Counted from the whole stretch's first letter, positions 49,901-63,080 are shown. The stretch: DNA of 63,853 bases, filler included, from Reclinomonas americana ATCC 50394 (GCA_048213135.1; 10 parts of 6 records of this genome joined end to end with filler, not necessarily neighbours in it); one strand, 5' to 3'. Notes: generated by a model not told the origin, from the sequence alone. Translations and numbers: made by a program.

Positions 49901-52900
49901 CATCGCAGTCAAACACCACCCTCCAACCCTTCATCCTCACAAAGGACGACCTCCCACGACCGGGCGTCTTCCTCTCCGACACCGTCTACAACAAGAAGGG
50001 ACCGGTGGCTGCCCTCGTCGGCACCCTCACCGGCTTCGATGCCGACAACGGCACCGAACTGACCTTTGCGTTGACCGCGGACATGTGCGACGATGCCTCC
50101 GGCAACGACTCATTCACCATCCCCGACGGCACCAACGAGCTGTGGAGCGTCAACGACGTGTCGGCTGTCACCAGCAAGATCTGCGTCCAGTCGTCGAACG
50201 CGCAGGTAATGTTTTTCTCCAATCGTGACTGCGTGTCAGCACCAAATTGCCTAACATCTTGTGGGTGCACGCACGCACAGGGCGCCGTCAAGACCCAAGC
50301 CTTCACGCTGACCGCGGAGCCCAACCCGCGCCCCAGCATCTTCTTGACTGACCGCCTGTACAATGTGATTGACTTTGCGGGTGGCCCGGTGGCCACCGTG
50401 TCGGGTGTGGACCAGTTTGGCGAGCCTGCCGTCTCGTTCGCTCTCAGCAACGATTGCACACTGGCGGGCGGCGACGCCGACAATGACGCATTTGCCATTG
50501 TCGACACCACGTTGTACGTGGACGCCGACTTTAAGCAGTCCACGGCGTCCATTTGCATCAAGGCCACCGACCTCAATGTTGCGCCTTCATGCGCCTTTCC
50601 CTTTGTCTTGCCTTCCCCTCTTTGCTCACTGCGCACTTCCACAGGGCGACACCTTCTCGCGCACCTTCCAACTCAGCGCCTCGCCAAATACCGCGCCCTC
50701 GGCCATCACCCTGTCGAGCGATCAGTACGCGTCGCACGCCGTTGCCGACACCTTTGTCGGCAAGCTGACCGGCGAGGACGCCGACATTGATCCGTTGGCC
50801 GACTTTGGCCAGCAGACGCTGTCGTTCTCGCTCAGCGACGCCTGCACCGGCACCCTCAACAACGACAAGTTCTTCATCGACGAAGACACTGGCGACCAGC
50901 TGTACGTGCGCGGCGGCGTCACTGCCGACGCGCTGACCGTGTGCATCCGTGTGACAGACAGCCTCGTTGCGTGCACGTCGTCTATTTTTCCTTCTCTCTG
51001 CCTGTGCCACTCACTCACTCACTCGTACTATCCATCCACAGGGAGCAACATTTGACGCTCCGTTCGCACTCACCGCCGACGGCCTGGCCCCCACCGACAT
51101 TGTGCTGTCGTCGAACTTGTTCATTGTCAGCTCGCGCACGCGCATGCTGGTCGGCCGCTTTGACATTGGTGTCGACAGTGCCGCCGGCTCGTCGTACACT
51201 CTGTCGTCGTCGTGCGAGTCCTCCGGCCTCTTCAGCATCTCCGGCAACGCCTTGTACGTGCGCAAGGCCGCTTCCATTCAGCTCATGCAGCTGTCGGTGT
51301 GCGTGGAGGTCGTCAACATGCATGAGCGTACGCTGGCCAAGTCGTTTGTGGTGCAGCAGTTTGTGCGCGACAGCTCGTTCCTCGACAACTTTGTCGACCG
51401 AGCCGTCGCCATCAACGACGAGGTGGCTGCCTTGACGCCGCCGGCCCCGCAGCCCGACCCACTCGATCCGGCCAAGCCGTACGTTGAGATTCTGCTGCCG
51501 CTCTTCCAGTCGCCCGAGCCGTGGAGCCCCTCCACGTCGGACTACTTTATGGCCGTGGCCGCTCTCCGCCGCACCTCGGGTGTGCGCGTGACTGCGGTGG
51601 TGAAGCCGCCAGTGCCGGTCAAGGCGCCGACTGCCAGCTGGCAGCAGGCCTTGTCCACGCTGTCGCGGGACGCCGTCACGGTGATTGCGCGCGTCGACGT
51701 GTCGAACCTCACGCAGGCTCTGGCCGACGTGGCCGAGCTGGACCGCAGCTGGAATGTGCGCGGCATCTATGTGGACATTGCCGCCGACGTGGCGGGAGGC
51801 AGCGCCGATCGCCTGGCCGGCCTGCGAGCGCTCTACGCGGCCGCGCACAATAGCCCCTCCATTGGCTTCGTGGTGGCCAACGTGCACGGCGCCGACATTG
51901 ACGAGAGTGTGCTGGCAACGCCACTGGCCGACGTGTACGTGCGCCAGTCCTCGTTCACCTCGTACACCACCGGCAGCGACCCGGCGTACTACCGCAAGTA
52001 CCACCCGCTGCACTTTGGCGCGTGGATTACTGGTGTGCCGTCCCAGCAGCTCGGGTACGCGCTGCAAAAGGCGCTGGAGCGTGGCATTGGCTACGTGTTC
52101 GCCTCCGAATCCAACAGCACCACGTTTGCCTCGGCACCGGCACTCCTGCAGCCGCTGACCGACTTGCTGCTTCAGCGGGCGATTCCGCCGGTGCAGGGTA
52201 CGCCGCGCTGCAGCTACATGTTTGATCTGGAGTCCACACCAGTGGTTGCATCGTTTGAGGCACCGGATGCACTCAACCTGCAGCCCAACGATGTGGTACG
52301 TGTCCTTGGCAACGGCTTCGGCTCCGCAGTCACCGCCGTGCGCGTGTTTATCGGAACCAACGAGTGCGACGTGTTCGACCTGGTGCCCGACTCGCCCGAC
52401 GCTCCCGGCTCGCAGGCGGCAGCATCGTGCACAGTGCGCGCCGGAGCAGTGGAGCCAGGCATTGACAACCCGCCACTGCTGTCGCTGCTGGAGGCCTCGG
52501 CCAGAGCTGCCGCTGCCGTCGCACCGCAACAGATCACTGTCTACGTCGACGGTATCGGCTTGTCGCGCATGGCCGACGCCAGCATGCCAGTCGGTGCGCA
52601 GTATCTGCTGGCGATCGCATCCGTGTCGCCTACCGTCGGCAGTCTCGCCGGCGGCCAGTTGGTCACCGTCACCGGCTTTGGCTTCTCGCCGAAGCCAGCC
52701 AACAACTCGATCCAGTTCAACGGCGTCGACTGCGCGGTGCAGTCTTCGTCTTTCTCGCAACTGGTTTGCCGCACTGGCGCAACGCCGACGCCAACGCCGA
52801 CGCCATCGACTCAGCTGACAGTCAACAGCGTTGGCTTTGCATGCGACTTGTCGACGATGCAGGCATCGTGTGAGTATACTGCCACTGCAGCGGCGACGCC

Positions 52901-55900
52901 GACGCTGACCTCGGTCACGTTGTCGGCCGACAGTTTGTCGCTGACGCTTGTCGGCACCAATTTCACTGCCTCGACAGCCGATGCCTCGGTGGTGATTGGC
53001 AGCAAGGCGTGCACGGTGACGTCGGCTACCGCCACGAATCTTATTTGCTCGCTTGGTGCGACTCCGGCCGGCACGCGCACTGTTCGCGTCACCATTTTCA
53101 GCAAGGGCTCGGCCAGCAACACGCTGACCGTGGCCATCCCGCTCGTCATCTCCTCGCTCAGTGTCTCCACTGGCAGCTTGGCCGGCGGCACCGTGCTGGA
53201 CGTGACGGGCGCTGGCTTTGAGCAAGACAACACCGAAGTCTTTGTTTGCGGTCTTCCATGCAGCAGTTGCGTCAACTCGGAACACTCATTTATCCACTCT
53301 TGCGCTATTGTGTCTTTCTCACTGCCTCAATCCTCTGCGCAGGTGTGACGGCGACCTACTCCAACGCACGCTGCATCACTCCGCCGCTGGTCACGGCCGC
53401 ATCCATGACGAGCACCACCTTCCCGCTGCTCGGCACTGTGCAGCCGCAAGTGCCGTACACGAGCACGGTGGCGTCGGTTATCGACGGCGACACCGCGACG
53501 GGAGCCGACACCACCAATCTCTCTGTTGCTTTTGACTTTGGCGTGGGAGCCGAGGTGCAGCCGTTTGAGATTGCCTTCTTCCCGCTGGATCTTCTCGAGA
53601 AGAAGCTCAAGGGTTGCGTCGTTGAGGGCGCCGGCGCCGACGGTGTTTACTCGACCATCTTCACGATCACCAACCCGATCAATCGGTGGAACACGTGGCG
53701 TGCGAGCTCCACTGCCAAGTTCTACCGCTACTTCCGCTTCACCGCCGCCAAGGACATGTACGCCGCTCTTGCCGAGGTCACATTCACCGGCATTCGCCGC
53801 TCGACTGCCACCGGAGCCTGCAGTGTGCTGGCCCGTGTCGGTGGCGACATGACGGCGGCCACGACTGCAACGCCCAAGTTCACCTACAGCTCGACCATCA
53901 CTCCGGTGATCACCGGCATTTCGCCGTCGTCGGGCACGGCAGGCGGTGGCACGCTGCTGCAGGTGACGGGCACTGGATTCGGTGCTACCGCCAGCGCCAT
54001 TTCGTTCCTGCTGGACACGACCCCGTGCACCAGCATTACGCTGACCGCTTCGCCGGCCGGTTTCACGTGCGTCACGCAGTCACGACCGATGGAGGCCCCT
54101 GTAACTGGTCCAACGGGCGCCGTCGCTGGTCAGCGCGCCATCTTGGCGCCAGGTGTCACATTTGAGTTTGTCGACAATTGGAGCTCCGTGACCTCGTGGG
54201 CTCCCAGCTTCACATTGCCGGTCGACGGCGACTCGGTGGTCATTCCCGCCGGTCGCACGATTATCTACGACCTGGATCCGGCCAACTCGCCCAAACTGCA
54301 GTTGCTGGTGGTGCTGGGCACACTGCGCTTTGCCAACAAGGACTTGACGCTGGACGCCGAGTACATTATGATCAACTTTGGCAAGCTGCAGATTGGTTCG
54401 GAGGATCAGCCGTTCCCCAACAAGGCGCAAATCACGCTGCACGGCGAGCGTGGCGCCCTGGAGATTCCCATCTACGGCGCCAAGTCGATTGCTTGCAACC
54501 AGTGCACGCTCGACCTGCACGGCAAGCGATACGCGCCGACGTGGACGGTGCTTGATGCGCACGCCAGCGTCGGTGACACCACCATCAAGCTGGCCGCGCC
54601 CGTCAACTGGGTGGCTGGCCAGCGGATTGTGATTGCGGCGTCTGGCTACGAGTTCATGGACTCGGAGGAGCACGGTATTGCGGCGGTGAGCGACGACGGT
54701 CTCACTCTCACACTGACCGAGCCGGTGGTGAACCGTCACTGGGGCACCATTGTCAACTTTGACGGGGTCGACGCGCCGTTCGACATGCGTGCCGAGGTCG
54801 GCTTGCTGTCGCGTGACATTGTCATCCAGGGCGACGACCACTCGCCATACGACCAGTACGGTGTGCAGCTGATGGTGTCGGGCAAGGCCACCGGCAACTC
54901 CGCCGTGGCCCGCATCGAGGATGTGGAAGTGAGGCGTGCCGGCCAGGCCTTCAGCCTCGGCCGCTACCCCATCCACTTGCACTTGCTCGGCAAGGTCGAC
55001 CAGTCGTACGTGCGTCGCAATGCGGTCCACGACACCTACAACCGCGGTATCACCATCCACGGCGTGTCGTACCTGCGCGTGCACCAGAATGTGGTGTTCG
55101 ACACCATGGGCCACTCGGTGTTCATCGAGGACGCCATTGAGGAGAACAACGAGATCATCGGCAACCTGGTGGTGAGGACGCGACTGTCCATGTCGCTCCT
55201 CAACACCGACACCACGCCGGCGTCCTTCTGGATCACCAACCCCAACAACATTGTGCGCGACAACCACGCCGCCGGCAGTCAGAACTATGGTGTGTTGTGA
55301 TCACAGGAGATGTCAGGGACGCGTTGAGCTCACTTTTTTTTAACCATTTCCGCGATACAGGCTTCTGGTACAAGGGCATGGACAATCCAGACGGTCCATC
55401 GGCAGTTGCGTTGATTTTTTCGCAGCTGCCTGCCCCTTGATGTCATTTCTCACATTTTGTGCAGACCACCTCGGTGTGCCCGCAGTACAACCCACTCGGG
55501 GAGTTCTCCGGCAACACGGCGCATAGCAACGGACGCTACGGCCTGCGCATCTTTGAGCGCTACCTGCCGCGTGTGAAACCGTGCCAAAACTCTGCTGATC
55601 TGCCGGTCACGTTCTCCGACATGCTGTCGTACAAGAACCGCCGCAATGGCATGGTGGCCGGTATCACGGGCGCTCTGCGCTGGGAGGGCTTCCGCGTGGC
55701 CAGCAACCTCTTGGTGGGCATGGAGACCATGCAGACCACGGCGGCCTACGGCAACACCTGGATCAAGGACTCGGTGATTGTGTCGACGACGCCGAACGAC
55801 ATTGGCTCGGAGGAGGAGACGGGCTCGTGGGTCGGTATTCGTGGCCCACAGAGCGAGAACATGCTCATTGACGGTGTCACGTTTGTGAACTGGACCAGCG

Positions 55901-58900
55901 CCAGCTCAGGCGCGCTCTCCGACTGCTCCAAGTGCCAGAACGGACCGACGGAAAACAAGGGCGCCTACACTGTGTTTGTGCGCGGCCTCAAGTGGGTGAA
56001 CTCGACGGCACGCATCAAGTACAACTACCCATTCAAGGGCATCTTCCGCTCGCTGGACGACTCGCTCGTCGAGGGTCGTGACGGTGTGACGGCCAGCAGC
56101 AACTGGCCGCACATTGCCGCCAACCCGGCGTGCAAGACCGACAAGCGCTACGATGGTCTCATTTGCGACAAGGGCATTAGCGTCCGTCGCATGTCTGTGT
56201 GGAACGTGTTGCGAACGGAGGAGCTGCGCTTCAAGCCGCTGCTCATCTCGCTCCAGGACGACACCACTGGCAAGTCGCAGTCGTCGATCCCGTTCCAGGT
56301 CAAGGGTTCGCCGGCCTTCGGATACGCGGTGCCCATGATCATGAACAACACCAAGTACTCGCTCCGCATTGAGCGTTGCGTCTTTGCGGAGAAGAAGTTA
56401 AGAGATGAAAATCTCTCTTGTTTGCTCACCCTTGGCGACTCTGGTTGCAGATCCGAACGCCGACATTCTGTCCTTTACCGGCAGCTGGTCGCTGCTGAAC
56501 TCGTTGGTTCGTCCTTTTTTGAAACTCTTGGCGTTTCTCGTACCTCCGTGCTCATGTTCCTGTGTCTCGCGCAGGCGGATCCGGCGGTCAACCCAGACAC
56601 GGTCAAGATCCGCTTCCCGTACGCCAACTATCGTGACCACTTTGATGTGTTCACCGGCTCGAGCACACTGCGCGAGGGCACCACCTCGCAGACGCTGGTC
56701 GACAGCCCTGGCCCGCACGGCAGCTTCTTGCACTTCCAGACGGGCGGCACCGATAATGGTCCGCAGGCGGGCGGCGGCTTCCTCGGTGAGATTTGTTGTA
56801 TGTTGAGTTTTTTTTTTGGTTTTCCAAGTGCTTATTGTGTGTGCTGCAGATTTCCGAGCCTCTGGCTGGGGAACGGGAGCCGGTCAGCTCAGCTTCACGG
56901 CCTACCAGTGCCCGGCCGTTACGGGCTGCGCCACCGAGGGTATTCCCAGTGCCTCGCCTTCTGTCGAGCGCTTCTGGTCCACTCCCGAGACGTGGGAGAA
57001 CGGCGTTATGCCAGTGGCCAACCAGGACGTGCTGGTCAAGAACACGTGGATTCTCACACTCGATGTGACGGTCGCGTACGGTGGCGCCACGCAGACGCCG
57101 ATCCTCGGCGCAGTGCGCGTCGAAGGTCGCCTCATTCTGTCGCCACTGTCCGACGTGACTCTGCGCGCTCAGCGTATCTGGGTCAAGGGCGGCAGTATCG
57201 AGATCGGCACAGTCGACGTGCCATTCCCGTCTGCCTACACCGCTCGCATCCTGCTGCACGGCAACAATCTCGACCAACCCATCGTCATTGATGAGCGCCT
57301 CGACTTGGGACCGAAGATCCTGCTCAACACGGGCACGGTGGCCATGTATGGCCAGCCGACTGCCAAGGCGTGGACCAAGCTGGGTGCGAACGCCAGCGCC
57401 GGCGACACGTTCATTGTGACGGCGGTGACCACGGACTGGAAGGCGAATCAGTGGATTGTCGTCACATCGTCGAGCACGATCGCCGAGGAGGCGGAGCGCG
57501 TGCAGATCAAGTCTGTCGACGTGGCCAACCGCCGCCTCAATCTGTACACGCCACTGGCACATGATCACTGGGGCCAGTTGATTACCGCCGACGGAAAGCA
57601 GGTCGACACGCGTGCCGAAGTCGGCCTGTTGTCACGCAACGTGGTGATTGAGGGCTTTATGGACGCTGCCGCCCAGACGCAGCGCTTTGGTTGCTCGATC
57701 GTCAACACCTACTACGATCTGCCGCCACCCAACGATCCGCTGGTCGGCACCATGACGCTGTCGAATGTGGTAATTCGCGGTTGCGGCCAGTACGACTCGC
57801 AGCGCGCTGCCATTCAGTTTGCGGACACGGCGGATACGCCGTCGCTGCTCGACTCGATGGCGGTGGACCAGGGCTGGGGCAAGAACTTGCAGCTCAGCGG
57901 CACCACCTCCAAGGTCACTGTGCGCGACTCGGTCTTCTTCCGCTCGTACATGTCGAACATTCGTGTGATGCCCGACACGGGCCCCGGCAACCAGTTCGTC
58001 CGCGTCCTCTCCATCTTGGCTCTTCCGCGCCCGATTCTTGTGCACAAGCAAGTGGATGTCATTGCGTGCTTTGAGGTCTTTTCTGTTTAATCTGTGGTTT
58101 GTCATGGTGGTATAGATGACTGACTCTCGTTTGGTGACCTCAGATTTTGTCGCCGGTAGACCTGTTCACCGACAACGTGGCCGCTGGTTCTGCTGGTCGC
58201 GACGCTTACGGCTATGTTGGTCATTTCAAGGCCAGCGAGTGCGATCCGTCCAAGGTGCGCTGCGTGGAGAAGAATAGCATTTCTTTCTTTTTGTGACGAG
58301 TGACTGAAATGCCGTGCATCTTTCTGTGTGTGCAGCCGCAAACGATTACGCGCATCACCGCACACTCGTCCGACCACGGTATTCATATCCACCCGCCGGA
58401 TGATCAGGCGTGCGCCACTGTCAAGGACAGCGTGGCCTTCTACAACCGCGCTGTGGGTATTTTCTCCCAGCGCCGCGCAAATGTGATTGTGGATGGCGCG
58501 GTGGTTGTCGGCAACGCCGTGGCTGGCATTGCGCTGATGCATGCCGACCTCGGCATCACCAGTGAGAAGCGCATCCAGAATGTGATTGCACTCGGCGGAC
58601 GACGCACCGATGAATGCGTGCGCTCGGTGGGCATTCTGAGCACGTTCTTCGGCAAGCTGCTGAAGACACTGCCGCCTGCCGAGTCGGATCTGCCGTGGCA
58701 TGCGGCAGCACACAGCGACCCTGCTGTGTACGGTCGCACATATGTGTCGAACATTACGGTGCGTTGATTGTGGTGGGGGAAGTGAGAAAGCTGCGTGACT
58801 GACTTGCACACTTGATAGTTTGGCAATTTCAACGTGGTGCCGAACTGCGACGCGCGCTCGTCGGCGTTCGAGAACAACCAGCTGCTGCCCGACGCGCAGC

Positions 58901-61697
58901 ACCCGATGCTCTTCTCCAACGTCAAGTGGTTGAACACGGTGGATGAGGCTGCCAAGTTCTACATTTACTTCCCGAATCCAGGCTGGCGGTGCGTCTCGTT
59001 TACCCTTGTACTGTGCACGCTTAACGAGCTCCTCTGACACCTCTCCCTCTTCCTCCACAGCAATCCCGACGACTGCGGTGACATGGATTGCCAAGGACCG
59101 AAGGAGGTGCTCCTCAACGATCTGGTGCGTTGACGGGAACTAGGAAGAGATGAAAATGTGTCGAGTCACTCACCCCCGATTGGTATTGCAGGATGGCTCT
59201 CTGCTGGGTCCGTCGCTCAGCAGCCCGCCGTCGACTCCGGCGCTGATCTCCAACAATCCGGGTCTGATCGATTCCGCCCGGTGCTCGCTGATTTCTGCTT
59301 GGAACGCCTACTTGGTGCGTGTGTGTTGTCGCAATTAACCACATGTCGATACGATCACTGACACTCCCCCATGTGCGTGCGATAGTGCAACGGCATGCGC
59401 CTGCGCATGGCGGTTGTGGAGTCTCGTGACGCAGACACCTACACTCGCCGCGTTGCTCGTGAGTCTTACTGTCTCTCTTGTTCTTGGATGATGTGAGAGC
59501 CGTACATTAATCATCTACCTCTCTCCTTTCTCGTGCAGCTCTTGTCGTATCGACTCAGGGCCGCGTGGACTACCTCAACAACTGCATGGGTACGTGGTGA
59601 AATGTGTGGAGTGGAGAGGAGAGCGCAGTTGGTCTCACACGCAGCGCACGAGTAGATCATCTGTGGAACTTTGACTACACGTCGGAGCGACGCCTCTCCA
59701 CGTTCTGGTTCATTGTCGAGGTGAGAACGATCCATTGCTCTTGATAGAGGACATGTTGGTCTTATTCCTCCATGTATCGCAGCTCGATCGCTCCTACACT
59801 GTGGCCTTCACGGGCACCAACCCGAAGAACCTCCGTGTGTACCTCCTCAACGCCTCGGCCTCGGAGGGATTGGTGCGTGGGGCAGCTCGCGTGTGTGTGT
59901 GTCATTGCTACATCCACCTTGCTCGATGTGTTTTTCCTCACCAATAGGTCTCGCGCTTGCAGATGGTGACCATTCCGTACACGAACCCGCAAATCCTCGA
60001 GGTGTTCAACAACGGCAACTCGGTGCCGGCCAATCAACTGGTCCGCCTGACGGACGCGCCCGGAACGTGGTACTACGACCCGAACCCTCGTTCCATGCGC
60101 ATGGTGCTGCGGTCTCCGCAGCCGCTGAACTCGATTCGCACCGTCGATGCTGTGTTTGTCAACACGCGCTTGTCTGTTCCGGTGGAGAAGTTCTTTGTTG
60201 TGGAGTTGCGTCAATTTTTATTTCTTGTCTCGACCTAGCGCGATGCGTGCAGTGCTGACTGGCGTGCTGCAGCTTTGTCAACAATCTGGCCATGGTTCTC
60301 GGCATTGACCCCTCGCGCATCAAGGTGGTCAACGTCGCCGTCGTCGCCATCAGCAATCCCACAAGCCGTTCACTGTCGACACGCGGAGCCGATGAAGTCG
60401 CCGTCGAAGTGGCCATCACACCATCTGTGGTGCCGCCGCCCAGCGATTTGGCGCGCCCGGAGATTCCACCGCCCGCTCTCGTGCCACCTGGTGACACTGG
60501 TGGCATCGACTACACGACCGGCACCTCGGCGCCGGGTGATTCTACAGACACTGGCTCTGGATCAGGCTCTGGCTCTGGGTCGGGCTCTGGCTCGGGCTCA
60601 GGCTCAGGCTCGGGCTCAGGCTCTGGATCTGGTTCTGGCTCTGGCTCTGGCTCTGGTTCGGGCTCCGGATCCAACAATTCGGCAGAGTTGGCCGACATTT
60701 CGGCCAACGTCAATCGTGCCTTCATGTCGGGCTCGATTGGCGGCATTCCGGTCATTTCGGCGACTGTTTCCATTGCCGACACCAACCCCAGCAGCATGAA
60801 CGACGGTCAGACCACCACTCCGTGGAAGCCGCCGCCGGATGCCGGCTCTGGTTCGGGCTCTGGTTCGGGCTCCGGCTCTGGCTCGAGTGGCTCGACCGCT
60901 AGTGATCGCCCGGGCGGCAGCGATGTGCGTTCCTGATGTTATCAGCAAACGCTACTCCTCTTCTCGTGCTGACCAGTTGTTCTCCTCTCTCTTGTGCACA
61001 CACAGGTTACGAGTGCGTCGGCTGGCAACGGCCCGACGACAACCACGTCGCGCAGTATGGCCAAGTCGACCATTATCATTCTGTCGACCACTGCATTTGT
61101 TGCCGTGGCCCTGGCCGTGGTCGCCGTGGTGATGGTGTTGCGATTCACTCGCACCCGTTTGCACGCAGCGATTGAGCACCAGAAGGCCATGGCCGGCACC
61201 GCTCCGGCTGCTACAGCGCCGTCGGTGAGTCAGTCCTTCTCTGTCATCTTTGTTGCCTTTTTCTTTGTTGAAACTCATCCGCACCGCGTCTATTGTAGGT
61301 CAACAACAATGCCGCCGTCAACCCGGTGGACCACAACGTACCTGCGACGCAAGCGCGCTCTCCGCCTCCACGCATTCGCGTGCTGCCGGAGCGCGACGAC
61401 GTGCAGGCGTCGATGATTGACCACGCCGACGTTATCGACGTCGAGTCAGACACAGCCTCGTTGCCGGGCACAGCCAGTGCTGCCGACGACGAGGTGCAAG
61501 TGCTCTCTCCAACGTCGCCGCTCTCCCCGTTGCACCTGTCGCCGCCGGGATCGGCGTCGGCCAATCGCCGCTCGGTGTCGCCCATTATGCGCGGTCGCGC
61601 CGGCTCCATTTCGCCACGTGACTCGCTCATCATGCGCGAGCGTGCCGACTCGTATTCCCCGCGCGCCTCTCTGCTCAACAACACGCAGAGCCAGTGA
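39848..61697 (+). CDS. Giant type-I membrane protein, fibrocystin-L (PKHD1L1)-like: IPT/TIG repeats, PA14, two G8 + beta-helix regions, plus spherulin-4-like, cadherin-like and galactose-binding-like modules
   Basis: Signal [24 protein letters not shown]; many IPT motifs ([21 protein letters not shown]); PA14 ([12 protein letters not shown]...GDDVARL...[21 protein letters not shown]); G8-1 (WSSVTSW...[12 protein letters not shown]...[10 protein letters not shown]...ITLHG); [33 protein letters not shown]8-2 (WSTPETW...[10 protein letters not shown]); [25 protein letters not shown]; Ser/Pro/Arg-rich tail. Confidence 0.92.
49064..49245 (+). repeat. Coding GDGSGT(G) repeat linker
   Basis: About 8 copies of GDGSG(T/A) in frame, with varied codons. 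Confidence 0.9.
60553..60672 (+). repeat. Coding (GS)n linker near the membrane
   Basis: About 20 Gly-Ser dipeptides in frame with varied codons; a shorter run lies at ~60844-60890. Confidence 0.9.
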
Positions 61698-61784
61698 GTT
61701 GAGTGACAGACAAACGAATGTAAAATATCACTGATATGAAGTTTGGAGCAACAAAGGATGATGTGTCCCGCGACTCTTTTGTAA

Positions 61785-62580
61785 ATGTGGTGGCAGCGCG
61801 CTCTGCCGCCCTCTGCGCTCTTCCTTGGCCTCGATGTGAGCACGCGATGCACAGGCTACTGCATCCTCTCTCACACTGGTGAGTAAGCGAGAGTGGGGGA
61901 AACGAGACAAGATTCAATGACCCACACACATGTTAGGCCGCGTTCTGCGCATTGGCGCCCTCCGTCTACCCTCGGCATCCTCCACAGACGGCATGATCGA
62001 TCAGGCGGACTCCAAGACCGCGCGACTGCTGGCACTCACCGAGTGCGTGCGAGTCGAGTTGTCTGCAGTGTGCTCGCAAGTCGCCGCTCATCAACAGCAC
62101 CAACTCGTGCCTCCAGCGTGGTACGTGGCCGTGGAGGAGAGCGCCTGCAACTTCCAGTTTGGACGCACGTCGACGCAGACAGTGATCAAGCTGACGCGCT
62201 TCAACTCGATGGTGACCCTCGACGTGTATCGCATGCTGCAGGCAGTGGCACCTCCTCTGTGGTGTCATCCGCGCAGTGTGGCCTCGCTGGTGGGAGGGAC
62301 AAGCAGTGGGAAACGTGGTGTATGGGAGGCCGTGCATGCGCACGTGGAACGGTGTGTGCCCGACGTGCAGTGGCCGCGGGTGCGACGTGCAAAGGGCAAC
62401 GATGACGGTGATGGTGAGGTGCAGTTGGCCGACGCCAGCTACGACATGTCGGATGCGTGTGCAGTGGCCTTGTACGGCTTCGCGGAGGAGCTGCGGAGAG
62501 GGTTGACGGAGGTGTCGAGTGAGGCGAAGAAGAAGCGAATGGTTGTCGAGGCTGTGCGGCAGCTGCTGACGAATGCAGCA
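61785..62580 (+). CDS. RuvC-like Holliday junction resolvase (RNase H fold); 3' end in gap
   Basis: Exon 1 (61785-61878) MWWQRALPPSALFLGLDVSTRCTGYCILSHT; GTGAGT...TAG intron 61879-61936; exon 2 has YVAVEES..F.FGRTS..T..KL.RFN, GKRGVWEAV and YDMSDACAVALYG, giving D, E and D-x-x-D catalytic positions. Confidence 0.8.
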
Positions 62581-62680
62581 NNNNNNNNNNNNNNNNNNNN
62601 NNNNNNNNNNNNNNNNNNNNNNNNTTAATTAATTAANNNNNNNNNNNNNNNNNNNNNNNNNNNNNNNNNNNNNNNNNNNN

Positions 62681-62825
<145 letters not shown>

Positions 62826-63080
62826 CAGATTGAAATCGTGCATCCATTCTGCATTTGCCTCTAGTTTTTCCGAGCTCATTGCTCATGCTCTCTCTTTCTC
62901 CTTCCCCCTCCTCCTCCTTCTCCTTCTCCCTCCCTTAACCTCTGCTCCTTCCTCCCTTCTCCTCTTTTTCTCGTATCCTTCCCTTCTTCATTTACTCTTT
63001 GTTTTCTCCTCCTTTTCCTTCCTCCTTTCCCTCCTCCTTCTCCTCTTTCGTCCCACTCACGCCCCCCCTCCTTCGCACAG

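Noticed and set aside
51015..55267. Long minus-strand ORFs (756 aa, 395 aa)
   Set aside because: Antisense shadows of GC-rich plus-strand exons with recognisable domains.
61785..62580. RuvC domain as a Fanzor/TnpB/Cas12-like nuclease
   Set aside because: The three RuvC motifs are compact and start at the N-terminus, with no WED/REC region, zinc finger or transposon ends; this fits a stand-alone resolvase.
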